The notes: generated from the sequence alone by a model not told the origin. A stretch of 63,061 nt of DNA, filler included, from Pelomyxa schiedti (GCA_020536535.1; 18 parts of 18 records of this genome joined end to end with filler, not necessarily neighbours in it), one strand, 5' to 3'. Shown: positions 38,227-50,683, counted from the whole stretch's first letter. Made by a program: numbers and translations.

Positions 38227-39249
38227 TAAGTATGAGGCAGGTTTTAGCAACTGCTGGTACGAAACCAGTTATTATTGTTATTGTGAGTGGAGGAATAGTT
38301 GCCATCGATTCCCTGGTTGAGCCTGCTTCTTCGATAATACAAGGTTTTAAAATCCTTTTTCCGGGTTTTCAATAATAAAGAGCAGCTTTCTACCCAAGCA
38401 CCATGGGTGCTTTGGCTTTGGCGAGATCGATATTTGGACTGGAAAATCGCTGGGGCAAGGTTTTTTACTTTATGTTTTCGCAGAAACCCATTCCTTCCAG
38501 TTGCCTGTTACGATTTATGCCTCAAACTTTATCAATGAAGTATTCTCTGTACGTCTATGCATTCCTTTTTAAACCCTACAAAGATAAGCATGACAGATTA
38601 TCACTTCAGCACTGGTGTTGGCCGGGTAAGTGGAAACATTTTAATTACATCGATAATAATCTCCAAAGACTTACCGGTACTACACCGGCACACCCCTTTT
38701 CGAATTTGGAACCGGCCTATCTTATGTTATGTTCTCAATGACCTGCAAGTATCGCACCGCATTCTCTAGAATACCGATTAACTTCCTGGCAGAGCTTCCG
38801 GCTCCACAATTGGTGCTACAATTACTTGCACAGTTTATAACACGGACTCTTACATGTCCGGTGATGAGGTCTCCGTCTTCAATAAATAATTCCAAATAAC
38901 ATAGCATCAAAGGTTCTGATGCTTTTCCACTATGCACCAAGTGATTTGTCCGACACTGTTACACACCCAATACCAATGAAGCAACTTGTTGGATTCCAGA
39001 GGATTACACTTTCCCCGCTACAATCCACCCAAGTCACGTTTACAACCACCGAGGACATGCTACTACTCACCAACTGGGAGGGCAACTCCGTGGTATGTCC
39101 CTATCTCAATACTTCAGCGCGCCCTCACAATAGTAATAATAGCATTGCCTCTGCTAACCATCAAACACATACAGCTCTACAGTGGCACCCACTATCTTGA
39201 AGTATCTCGCGGTACTGGTTCTGTCTGGAACACCCCAGTCATTGTTTAA
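38227..39249 (+). CDS. GH3 beta-xylosidase/glucosidase, C-terminal and Fn3-like domains (5' partial, spliced)
   Basis: KPVIIVIVSGGIVAID, AFYPSTMGALALARSIFG..GKLPVTIY, GRTYRYYTGTPLF, FGTGLSY, NTDSYMSGDEV and PMKQLVGFQRITLSP. Confidence 0.9.
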
Positions 39250-40084
39250 TTTATTGAACCAACACAACCAGGGTTCGGAAGGATTTTTTTGTTGTTGTCT
39301 TGTCAGAACTGTTGACAGGAACTCTATCCACGGGATGGAATAGACGCCGTAAGTATCACGTTCGCTGTGACCAAGGCCCACTGAAGTAGCGCCCTGAGAG
39401 GCTACTTCTCTGGCTGTTTACTGACGGAACAAAGACACCAGTAAACAGTTTCAGAGGCCGGAGATAATTTAGAGATACCGGTAATTAGGTCAATCAATGC
39501 ACCGAAACGACGACGTCGCGCAGTTGGACTTTGGGCCAGGTCGGTGTTGTACACTACAATTGTACAACACACGACTACTATTTGTTTATTTTTTTGTGTG
39601 CCCACAGCCTAACACAGACTTCCCACCTCAGACTGAGTGTTTATGCAACAGCGAAGTGTTTCTATTGCTCTCCCAGAGGAAGGAGATGTCTCACGGTGCT
39701 GAAATGACGAAGTACTTTTTTTTNNNNNNNNNNNNNNNNNNNNNNNNNNNNNNNNNNNNNNNNNNNNTTAATTAATTAANNNNNNNNNNNNNNNNNNNNN
39801 NNNNNNNNNNNNNNNNNNNNNNNTGATGGGACGCAATAAACCAACGAGAGCAACAACTGAGGTAGACACAGGAACGTCGTTATTGGTGCCTCCAAGTGTG
39901 GTGACAAGTGCGTTGTTGGGTGGGACGCTGGGGGAGGTGACGACAGCAGCAACAGGGGAAACAATGGTGGTGACAACAGGGGCAACAAATGTGGTGCTTT
40001 CAGTGGGGCAGGGACCGGTGTGGTGGCGACTGGTGCGGCAGTGAAATGTGTGGTGGCTGCCATGGGGGGAGCTACAACATTGGT

Positions 40085-40240
40085 GACAAGTGTGGTGACT
40101 GGTGCGGTGACGGGTGCGGCGACGGGTGCGGCGATGACTGCGGCGACGGGTGCGGCGACGACTGTGGCGACGACTGCAGCGACGGGTGCGACGACGACTG
40201 CTGCGACGGGTGCGGCGACGGGTGCGGTGATGGGTGTGGC
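40085..40240. repeat. 12-bp minisatellite (gcgacgggtgcg/gcgacgactgcg)
   Basis: About 12 tandem degenerate 12-mers, open in several reading frames. Confidence 0.85.
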
Positions 40241-40399
40241 AACGAGTGCCAGGATGGGTGTGACTGGTGGGATGAGTGCAACAAAGGGTACTTCAACTGG
40301 ATTGCTACCAACAAGTGCCACACACTACTACAGTGTTGTCCCTTTAGCTAACAAACAATCAGCAGCACCTGCTTCCTCTCAACCAAAAAGCAAAATACC

Positions 40400-40521
40400 C
40401 CCAAAATCACTGCCCAGGCGGTGATTTTGGGCGGTGATGATGCACTTTTTGCAGTCAAATCGGATCACTGCCCCAGGCGGTGGTTGAGCACATAAGCCAG
40501 TCAGTAAAATCACCGCCCTGG
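40400..40521. repeat. Palindromic ATCACYGCC/GGCGGTG cluster
   Basis: CCAAAATCACTGCC-ca-GGCGGTGATTTTGG at 40401-40430, with further copies near 40431, 40464 and 40507. Confidence 0.8.
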
Positions 40522-41138
40522 GTTAACCACAAGAAAAAAACTTTTTTTTTATGTTGCTCTTAATCTAACTCAATATTTAACAGTGCTGACAGGCCAGTTA
40601 AAGCCACTACTTGTCGCAATAAGCACTCCCAAGTGTTGTGTGTGTCTGATGAAGAGAGCCTTCCTCGACAACAAGCCTCTTTGAGGCTCTTATGCCATTT
40701 ATTCATTGCCTCAGCCAGTTCTTGATGAGTTTCTATCACCAGAGTTGTCACTATCAACATTTATGACATCTATACAACATTATTATATTCAAATCAAGGC
40801 TGTATTACCATCATCTTTTGATGAAAAGGCTTCATCATCCAAGCTGAAAACAGGGTAATCCCTTGGTGATCCAAAATGTTGAAGTGAGGTTGAGGGTGCA
40901 TGTCTATGTGGTACACAAAGAGCATGTGAATGTTTAGGTTTTTTAGGTTCTGGTGGCTGAATTGATTTTGAAGATTTGGGTTTTTTGGTTTGTGAAGATT
41001 TGGGTTTTTTAGTTTTATATTTTGAAGGTTTTTTTGTTNNNNNNNNNNNNNNNNNNNNNNNNNNNNNNNNNNNNNNNNNNNNTTAATTAATTAANNNNNN
41101 NNNNNNNNNNNNNNNNNNNNNNNNNNNNNNNNNNNNNN

Positions 41139-43542
41139 CACAGGCAGCCATTTGATTGTGGTGCTGGCTTCTTTTGAGCTGTGTGGAGGGGTCTGTGTCA
41201 TCAGCGGCCAGGAGCTCCTGGTGAACTTTGAGGAGCTTTAGAAAAGAGATGCCCCTCGCGCATTCAATCATGTCGGATAACAGCTTGTTGAACCACTCAG
41301 GCTTTAGAACAACAAACTGCGGGAGGAGGGGTTGGGAATTTGACCAGAGGGGATGCCTGAAGTGGATAATGGATCCTGTGTCTGACAGGAAATCACAACA
41401 CATCTCAAGATCAACTTCTGGATTTTCTCTACACAGAGCAGGAACACCAACACCACAGGAAGCAGCTATTCGAACCAAGTCAGTCCACTTGATGATGCTT
41501 TCCCGCATCACCCTCAGCCTCTCGGACAACGCAATCCACCTTGGTGAAACTGCTCTTGTGGTTTCCGTGGCGATCCTTTCCAGGAGTTGCGATATCTTTC
41601 CAACTTGCTTTCCTGTGATGGGTGTGGATGTAGCAGTGGCGTTGAAGGGGAATGGAGTGGTATCAGAGAACCACTCGTATTCTTGGAAGTTGTTGATAAC
41701 AGCAATCCCACGAAGAGTGAGGTTCTTGAATCGGTCTGAATGCAAAATGGGATCCACTATTTGTGCAATTTTTTTCTGGATGTCACCGTCTACTCCAGAG
41801 TGCACAAGGAGGACAATTTGGGCATTTCCATGGTGGTATGATTGACTCCAGCACCTGGAAATTTCATCAAGCCAGAAGAACAATTGCTTTGGGGGTTCCC
41901 TCTCCCACAAACCACAGAACACCAGGAAGACAGAATCACTGCAGAAAAAGCACGGGAAAAACGGGTGACACCAGTCACCTGAGTGAGGAAAAATGAGCGA
42001 GGAAAAAAGAAAAAAAAGGGGGCACTGCATACTCAAGCTCCACACTGTCCATGTGTGTGATTCCTCTTTACTGTGCATCTTGAACTGTTGCTTAATGTCA
42101 ATGACGGCAGACTGGTTGTACTTTATTTTGAACAGCTTCAGTTTGTGCCTTTTGTCCTTCAAGCACTGCAAAATATCTTCCCTCAAGCCACTGCCTTCCC
42201 CAAAGCAGATGAGTTTGTGGGAATTTGGACACATGGGAGACTCTCCAAAGAGCATGTGGTGCATGTCTCGTCCCTTCATTGGTTCTTCTTTGGCCTTGTC
42301 AAACAAAATAACATCCTGTATTTTGGCATGAGCAAGCCATTGTGGAATCCGAGTGATGGGATTGTGATGAAGATCCAGTTTGTTACATGTTATCCCTGAA
42401 AGCAGCTCTGGGACTGATTTCAAATTAAGGTACTCAAGAGTGACATCCTCGTATTGCGTTGCTTTTGCCAGTATCAGCTCAGTTACTGCTGGCCAGTTTT
42501 TCACTTGAATCCATCTTTTCAGTGCAGCTCCAGCAACTGAAATTTGTGTATCAGGGCTCAAATGACTGCAAGTCGGAAGAAATTTGTTCCGCACTGTTGC
42601 TGGGCACATGTGCGTAATCTCAAGTGCAGTTCCAGGTGGCATAAATGATTCTTTTACACTTGGTGATGAGGCAAGACCAATAATTTGGCAGTATACCATT
42701 ACTGGGGAGCCTGGCGATTTCAAGTATTGATTGAAACAGTTCTTCTGGTGTGCATGGTTGTCGCCCTTCTTTGGAGATCCCTTTCAACAATTTGAAAGCT
42801 CCTATCTGTTTTAGATCAGAAAATAAGTGCTTATCACTGATATCTGATATATTATATTTGGAGGACAGCACACCTCGAACGCCAACATAAATTTGGCATC
42901 CCTAGCTTTTTTTTCACGTGTAATTCCAATTCCACAATCCACAAGCAACAGGTTTTTGGCGTCGGCCGCTGTGGCCGCGATGACCTCCAGCTCCGTTGCT
43001 ACGCTCCCCGTGTACAGCGCGCCCAAGTCAAACACCATGTCAACAGGGATTTCATAGCAGCCTCCAGAGGAGTTGGCCATGACCACAACCACAACCGCAT
43101 CTACCCCGCCCCTGCCCCTGATGCCTTCGACAAGAGACCCGCCCTGTTCCCCACCGTCGCCTGCTTGCATCTCCCTACTGAGATCACCCCACCCCGTCCT
43201 GCTGAGCCTCACCCTCACACCCCTGCCTCTCTCCCTGTGCCCGTGCCCGTGCCCGTGCCTGTGCGTCCGCTCGAGCACCAGGCCCTGTTCAGAAGGAAGG
43301 GTGACGGTGACGGTGAGGTGTTCTGGGTGTGGGTCCGCTGCTGGCCGCGGGGAGATGCCGCGTGCCACGAGGTCGTCGAACAGCGACGAGATGCAACCCG
43401 AGTCCCCGACGAGCACACACTCGGCAAGTGGCATCCGGTCTCCACTTGGTTCCTTGCGACTGGTGGCGGCCGACATGCCACTTGGTTTCTGAATGATTAT
43501 TCTGTCGCTGTTGTGCTCTTCGCTTGATCTATTACATGACAT
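41139..43542 (-). CDS. Roco-like protein (degenerate GTPase-like N-domain, LRR, pseudo-Roc, COR); 3' partial
   Basis: LRR LEYLNLKSVPELL..KLDLHHNPITRIPQWL. Roc-like KLICFGEGSG..WTVWSL..VFLVF..LFFWLDEI..IVLLV. COR WIALSERL..IIKWTDL..CCDFLSDTGSIIHF..VVLKPEWF. Confidence 0.82.
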
Positions 43543-44263
43543 CAGCTTCGTCCCTTCCACGAAATACGCATGTGTGATGGAAATTGATAATAGTGGATGG
43601 GTCTACGGGTTTAAATGTGATCCCACAATCTGAGGAGAGTGAGCATAGTGGGTCTCGACGCTGGGTCGGTTGCCCAGCAGCATGTCNNNNNNNNNNNNNN
43701 NNNNNNNNNNNNNNNNNNNNNNNNNNNNNNTTAATTAATTAANNNNNNNNNNNNNNNNNNNNNNNNNNNNNNNNNNNNNNNNNNNNTGTTGTGTTTTGTG
43801 TCGGCCTTGTCTTTTCTTTTGTTGGGCTGGTTACAAATTACAAATCCAGTGAAAATGATAGGCCACGTGGGTGTGACTCACAGCACACACAGATTTGAAA
43901 ATTGAAAAGTCATAACGTTATTAATGATGCACACACAGCTCCCCAATGTGTTTGTGATAGGTTTTTCATTCTAAAAAAAAACGGTTGTTGCTGCATCAAT
44001 CGACATGATAACAACAACGTGGCTGGTCACGAGCAGCGGGTGGAAATGACACCACTTGGCGGCAGAGTAACGACGCGAGCACGAACCTTGACCCGACAAA
44101 TTTGAACCAACATGCTGGCATGCCGCTGACCACCCCGGGCCGACACCGCGATTCCCTTTTTCGGGAAGTCATCACATTGTAGGAATAATAACAAAAATGA
44201 TAGAGTGTATCCCACATAACCTTCCAATGGGAACGAGAGTGCTAATAGGACTCATCCAGTGTG

Positions 44264-45867
44264 ATGAAATCAACAACCACCCTTCATGAAAAGATGACAC
44301 CAACAACGACGTTGGCAAATCAGCCAACACATGAAACGGTGACGCCGTCAGGATCCTCCACTTATTTGAGTGGTGGTGTGGGTCACACAACAACAAGAAA
44401 CGAGATGATGATGGAAGCACTTGTGCATTTACAAGTGGGAGACATCGACACTGCCCTTGCTCTTGTTGCCAATGCCAACTCCCTGTTCCAAGGTGAGTGT
44501 GGCAGACTCAATCACGGTGAGTGTGTTGGAATGTGTGTTGGAGTGTGTTTCTAAAAATAATTGTTGTTTTACACACACCCAAACCAGGGGAATGTCATGA
44601 GTACCTCCCTGGTCTGTTGTTCCTTGTTTGCCTCCGTCATGTCATCAATGACCACGAGTCACTTCATCAGCACATTCCAACGTGCCTCTCACTGGCTTTC
44701 TCTCGTGCAATCTCGTTCTCAACAGAGGATATGAGAGCTCATTGCATGCGTGTGTTGTCGAATTGCAGCCACAACAACATGGAAGTTGTTTCTGAATGGA
44801 CCGATCTTGTGTCAACGGCATCATTGAGAGGCATCATTGATCATGATCAACGCCAGTCGTTGTTACCCACCACAGTGAGTTCAGAAAAGTTGTGGTCCTG
44901 CATGTACTTTGTTGCCCTGTGGGGGTTGTACTGCTGTTCAGACAACCATTCTTCAACAACACTGGAGGAACTGGGTGAGTCATGTGACGATGAACGCAGA
45001 GACAACAACCCCATCACTTCTTCTGTGGGTAAGATTCACTGGTGTGCTTCCTCTGTCAATTCTCTTGGCAACTGCTATGATTTTGGTGTTGGTGGTGTTA
45101 AAAAGGACATTCACAAGGCAGTGACACTTTATCAGAGGGCAGCTGATGCAGGGCATGCCACCGCAATGTTCAACTTTGGTTCGTGTTTTTACCATGGCAA
45201 AAGTGTTGACAAGGACATTAACAAGGCAGTGAGGCTGTGGCAGACGGCTTTTGATGCTGGGCAATGCACCTCAATGAACAACCTTGCTTGCTGTTATCTA
45301 AATGGCATTGGTGTTGACCAGGATCACACCAAGGCAGTGGCACTGTATCAGAGGGCTGCTGATGCTGGTAATATCAACGCAATGCGCAACCTTGGAGTGT
45401 GTTATGAAAGAGGCAATGGTGTTGAGAGGGATCCTAGCAAGGCAGTGACACTGTTCCAGAGGGCTGCTGATGCTGGTGATTCTGACTCAATGACCACACT
45501 TGGTTCGTGTTATCAAGATGGGCATGGTGTTCAGAAGGACATCAACAAAGCAGTGAACCTGTTCCAGAGGGCTTCTGATGCTGGTTGTGCCCGGGCAATG
45601 TGCAACCTCGGTGTGTGTTACTACACTGGTGATGGTGTTGAGGAGGACATTCCCAAGGCACTCAGGTTGTACCAGAGGGCTGCTGATGCTGGCAGTGCTG
45701 CGGCACTGTCCAACCTTGCATGGTGTTACAAAGAAGGCACTGATGGTTTTTCCAAGGACAGACACCAGGCAATGAGACTGTGGCTTCTGTCTGCTCACCT
45801 TGGTCATCCTGATGCCGCAACACAACTCAAAATTCTTCAGTCACAAGGCACCAAAAACAACACCTGA
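44264..45867 (+). CDS. Sel1-repeat protein (one intron at about 44493-44587)
   Basis: About seven Sel1 repeats of the form AMxNLGxCYxxGxGVxKDxxKAVxLYQRAADAG. Confidence 0.93.
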
Positions 45868-45879
45868 AACAAAGAGAAT

Positions 45880-46155
45880 CTCCATCCACACGCGGCCAAC
45901 TTGGAGCCCTCGCTGCAGGGGCGACGACGATCGAGCGGTGGGAGTTATGGGACGCGGCCACGCCACATGGTTCGTCGGCGCGATGTGGCGCGACCCACAA
46001 TCAAGGAGTTCATCCTCCGCGCCGCCGTAGCCGGCGCCACCCACTGCGTCTCGTTCGCCCTCTCGCCGCTCCCTCTCAGCATCTCAGGCACTGGCGGCCC
46101 AGCGCAGGTCCCCACGGTGGGGCCCGTTGGTCGACGCCCACTGGGTCTGATTTGA
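45880..46155 (+). pseudogene. Frameshifted, truncated copy of the family module
   Basis: TRGQLGALAAGATTIER / VMGRGHATWFVGAMWRD / PTIKEFILR..SFALSPLPLS is split across frames and sits immediately after the Sel1 stop codon. Confidence 0.75.
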
Positions 46156-47068
46156 AAACAATAGAATTCTGAGCAATTCCCATGCTTGGTGAACATATGC
46201 AAATACTGGCTTCCTTGCCTTGGTTTCCTTGCTAAGTGCCTCACACTGGACATGGCAACCACAGGTTCCTTCCTACACTCCAAAACCAATGACTAATTGG
46301 CTCTCCTAGGCCTGCAGCGAAGTTCAGCAATTCCATGCTGTTTTTCAGTGCAGCAATTTCCATGTTGGAAATGCACCCTGGGCAATCCTACAGGGGAATG
46401 AAGTGCGTGCATTTTTCCCATTATCACATCCTGTAGGCCAACTACCAACGAGGTCTCAGATAAGATTGACATCACGAGATGTCAGTGAGCTTCCATGAAG
46501 GCTGTGTTCCTGAGGGCACCCTTCCCAAAGGAACACAGTGGGACATAGTAATTCCATTACTAATAGTATCTCAGATGGTGTCACATAATCCAGAGAGGGT
46601 TCTGCAATCCCTGTGCAGAAATGAAACATAGGTTCAGGTAATCTTTGTTTTTAAAATTGAAGTGACTAACAAATCATTTAGGGTTGATGAACCGATTCTA
46701 TGATAATCCTAAGAGTGGAAATTGATATGTAGCTTTGTAGCTGATCAGTATGCACAGACAGAGTGCAACCAAAACTGTGTGTCCTATCTTCAAAATAATG
46801 TTTACCTCAGAACCATGGCTCCAGAAATTCCATCACTGTTTTGACTGGGCCTGGACAAGGGTGACCACTGCACACTGCTGCAATATGTGCCCACAGCATC
46901 CCGGAGGGTAACAGCCAGTGCAACAGTGTTGCCAGCACGTCTGAGCAGCAAATGCCATTTGTTGCATCAGTGCAAAGCATGTTCACCTGGCTCAGAACCA
47001 TGGCTCCAGAAATTCCATCACTGTTTTGACTGGGCCTGGACAAGGGTGACCACTGCACACTGCTGCAA
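46156..47068 (-). mobile_element. Possible decayed DNA-transposon (MULE-like) insert containing an exact 78-bp direct repeat
   Basis: Exact repeat 46806-46883 = 46991-47068. Stop-riddled minus-strand peptides MLCTDATNG..LATLL, RNTAFMEAH and GTCGC loosely resemble MULE DDE and SWIM motifs. Confidence 0.3.
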
Positions 47069-47740
47069 CGATCAGCAGGTGCGGCGCCCAGTCGGCGATT
47101 TTCATGGTTATGGGACAGGACCAAGCCACGTCTTTCATGCGCATGCTGTGGCTCGATGTCGTGTGTCCCACAATCAGGCTTTTCAGGCTGGATATCTTTG
47201 CATCACCCGTCTCCGGCACCTCGTTGCCAACAGACCTCGTGCTGTACCTGTCGTTCTCGCCACTCCTCATGAGCCTCTCCTCGTCACCAGGCCGAGTGAC
47301 CACGACCCCAAGTGACTTCCGCCAAGTTTATGAGGGGCTCCCACTGCCGTTCCCAGAGCTTCGGCATTCTGGGACACGAAATTGCAACACCAAATGGGCA
47401 GTCTGTGTGGACATGTGCCCCACAACAACCACTGGCTGCACACCGACATCAAAAACAACAAATAACAGCAGCAGCAGCATCAGTGATGGAATTGCGAGAA
47501 TGAGTGTTGCGCCACTCAAGGGAGTGGAGTGTTGGTGGTGGTGGTGACGGTTTCACGTGTGATGTGGACCGCGCTGTTGTTGTGGATGTTCCGACAGTGC
47601 GTGGCTGCTTTGCAATCCGGGCATACATGGACCAGTCCGTCGACAGGGAGGTTGTTCTGGCTCAAGTCGCTGAGAGTTTCGTTGTGATGGTTGTTGCTGA
47701 CATGGAGGATACGTGCAACAGCAAGAAGCTGGCTGTTTTG
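47062..47740 (+). pseudogene. 5'-truncated, frameshifted paralog of the 35882-37398 gene
   Basis: AATISRCGAQSAIFMVMGQDQATSFMRMLWLD..NCNTKWAVC..VAPLKG, then a frameshift near 47525 to GGGGDGFTCDVDRAVVVD. Confidence 0.8.
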
Positions 47741-47840
47741 NNNNNNNNNNNNNNNNNNNNNNNNNNNNNNNNNNNNNNNNNNNNTTAATTAATTAANNNN
47801 NNNNNNNNNNNNNNNNNNNNNNNNNNNNNNNNNNNNNNNN

Positions 47841-48117
47841 CCCCGTCATTATGGGAAGGCGCGGCAGGATCGTTCCCGCTTCCTCCACCCATAACCGTGG
47901 AGGCGGCGGCCCTCTTGGTAGTCACTATCATCATCCCGGACCCGCACGCCGCCGGCTCGACTACCACGACGGCGGGTTGCCTCGCCACCAACGTAGTGGC
48001 GGGCACGGACGTAGGCGACGCCTCGCGGCGTGCCGTCACGTCGAAGGAAGACACCGCCAGCTGCTTCTTCGAGCGCTGCGGCCGCAACAAGCCCGCACCG
48101 CCGCCACCCGTAGACAT
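47841..48117 (-). CDS. 5' fragment of a hypothetical protein
   Basis: GC-rich first exon MSTGGGGAGLLRPQRSKK.. running into the contig end. Confidence 0.4.
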
Positions 48118-48329
48118 TTGGAAGAAAATGTTTTGCTTTTTTCGGCTTTTCCTGGAAAGGTGTTGGACCAATTTGTTCTGGGTGGTGTCTGGTCTTGTGA
48201 GAAAGTGGTATTACATGTTGTTGTTGTTGTTTTTGCTAGGCTGTGTGGATGTGGGATTCCCTGGAGTAAGTATAAAACAGATGCCAGATTGTTAAATCTG
48301 GGGGTGTCCTGGGCATATGTTGTTGTGTT

Positions 48330-48954
48330 CTACGTTCTATACAACTTGTCAAGAACTTCTTCAAAGCCGAGTTGTTCAGGCTCGCTGGCTTGCATCTAAT
48401 GATTATAGTAGTTAGTTAGGTACATGAATTGGATAGTGTAGGCATTGCCTGAATCGGGCTGTCAGAGCCAAACATATTTCGGAGGAAAGACTCTCTGGTG
48501 CTGCATAGTACAAATTTATCTTTTAGAGAGTGGGCCGCTGTTGGAGACCAGAGTACTGATATTTTTTTGGACACAATTTCACCAATATGATGAGGTGGGT
48601 CCTGGGGGTTCGTAAATATAAGTGAATTCCGCATAGTACAATGAAATACATCAAAGGCTTGCTTGTAGAAGAAATTTGCTACAGCCAAAACACATTGGTC
48701 AGCTGGTAGACGTTGAACAAATGAAGCCCAGGACCCAAAGTATGCTGGGGGTCCTTCTTCAGCAAGAACAATCCCACCAGATTTATCAGGGATACATATA
48801 ACATAGCCACTTGTGTTTCGGCTCACTACTTGCCAATTAGACGAGTTGCAGCAGGAGGATTTAGGTTTTTTGTCATTAAAAAAAAAACTAATGGCCCTAA
48901 CCTCTCGAGCAGCACGCATTTATTGTATTCGGGCGTAACATTTCCAGTATCCAT
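48330..48954 (-). CDS. ADF/cofilin-family protein (divergent, spliced)
   Basis: GYVICIPDKSGGIVLAEEG..SWASFVQRLPADQCVLAVANF..KKISVLWSPTAAHSLKDKFVLCSTRESF..MQASEPEQLGFEEVLDKL. Confidence 0.85.
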
Positions 48955-49199
48955 CGTGTTACATGTAAAGGCAGTGCGGGGAGAGTACTGCCACATTTGT
49001 ATCACAAACTCAATCCCACGATAACCAAAAAAACCAAGCAACGCAAAAACGCTGCGCTTACTATGTCAAAACACTCACCCTTTTAAAAGTCAAGATAAGN
49101 NNNNNNNNNNNNNNNNNNNNNNNNNNNNNNNNNNNNNNNNNNNTTAATTAATTAANNNNNNNNNNNNNNNNNNNNNNNNNNNNNNNNNNNNNNNNNNNN

Positions 49200-50522
49200 G
49201 GTGGTAGTAAGTAAGGTTTTCAGTAATTGGTCCTGGGATTGGATAGGAACATAATGGATGGATTACTTCCGGGCCGCTGTGAAACGTGCTCACTAATCCA
49301 TTCAGAAAAGCTGTCTTGCCCGAGTGCGGCATCCCCCATAGAAGGATATTCATATGATCTACACCCTGAGGCGGAATGAAGTCGCCACCAAACCAAGCTG
49401 AAAATAACAAGAGAGAGAAATCGAGTTAGATCAGAAAGTTGCAATTTGATTCTCTCATTATTTAATAGTAAATGTACATTCTTTGGCCTGCTTACCCACC
49501 TAGGAGGATCTGTGCACACCCTGTGCACTTTTGGATCTGTCGTCCATTTGGATCTTTAATGCAACACTCGTACAGGATTGCCTCAGGTATTGGTATCATT
49601 TTTTTTCTTGCATTTGCACATGGGTAAAATTGTATAGGTGTCTTAAATGGAGACCAGTGTGATGCAGAACAATGGAGAGTAATATCACAGGGGAGATAAA
49701 AGGAATCAGCTCCACTTAGAAAAGATATCACTGTTCCCTTTTTGGGAGGAGTGAGGAAAGATTGCCTGACATTTTATGTATACCTCGTGGATTTCATCCA
49801 ATACTGAAGACAGTTCAACAGTCATAAGCAAAGAGAGGGGGTCTGTGGATCGCTGTAAAGTGGCATTCGAGCCTTGTTCAAACGAGATAGTAACTCGGGA
49901 TTCCACACACTTCGGGGTCATACTATTAAGTGCATCAACAACGCCATGTACATCAGCTAAAGAGTACACTGGCCCCGAGAGAAGAAAGGACTGCAATGCC
50001 GTCTCATGTTGGTATGAAAAACCAATGAAGTCGATTGGAGGTCTCTAAAAAAAAAAAAATAATCAACTGTTGCTCCAACATAGGAACCAAAGGAGACATT
50101 ACCAGGGAAAGGAGGCTATGAAGTTCTATGTCGCCTCCCACATGTGGCCCGTTGGCAACCAGAAATAAAAGCGGGATCGAGGTGCTGAACGCAAACCTGG
50201 TGATGACACCACGAGCTGCCGATAGTGCAGCCCCAAAGTCCGCGGGGCCGCGATTGGCGCGCCTGAGGAGGCTAAGGCTCTGGAGCAACGTGTCGGGTCT
50301 GTCTGTTATTTGGCACACGGTTTCGGCTTCTGTGCTGAACTTGATGATGGTGGCCTTCACGCCGGCAGTGCGGCCGAGCATGGCGGGCAGCACCAGGTCC
50401 CTCAGGTTCGCCAGGTCCTCCTCGGACGTGGCATTCGAACAGTCAACGACTATTATCAGCAGTCTGTTCTCGGGGTTTGCAAGTCTGGCAGTAACCTCTG
50501 CCACCAGCGGATGCCCCGCCAT
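49200..50522 (-). CDS. VWA-domain protein with downstream IFI44-like P-loop domain (3' partial, spliced)
   Basis: VWA LLIIVVDCSNA..IIKFSTEA..GPADFGAALSAA..LLFLVANG. P-loop NILLWGMPHSGKTAFLNGLVSTF. Confidence 0.7.
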
Positions 50523-50683
50523 CACACGGGTGATGGTGGGATGGTTCCTAGAATCAGGTTCAAGTACTTGAACCCTTTTTTTTGTTTCAAACGCCAAACG
50601 ACAAATCCCCGCAGAACAGAAAAAGAAACAACAACGGAACAGAGCCCTTGTGTTGCCAACTTGCCAACCGCGCATCAACGTTG

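Noticed and set aside
40560-41038. Lys/Pro-rich minus-strand gene end
   Set aside because: Low complexity, ambiguous frame and no recognisable domain.
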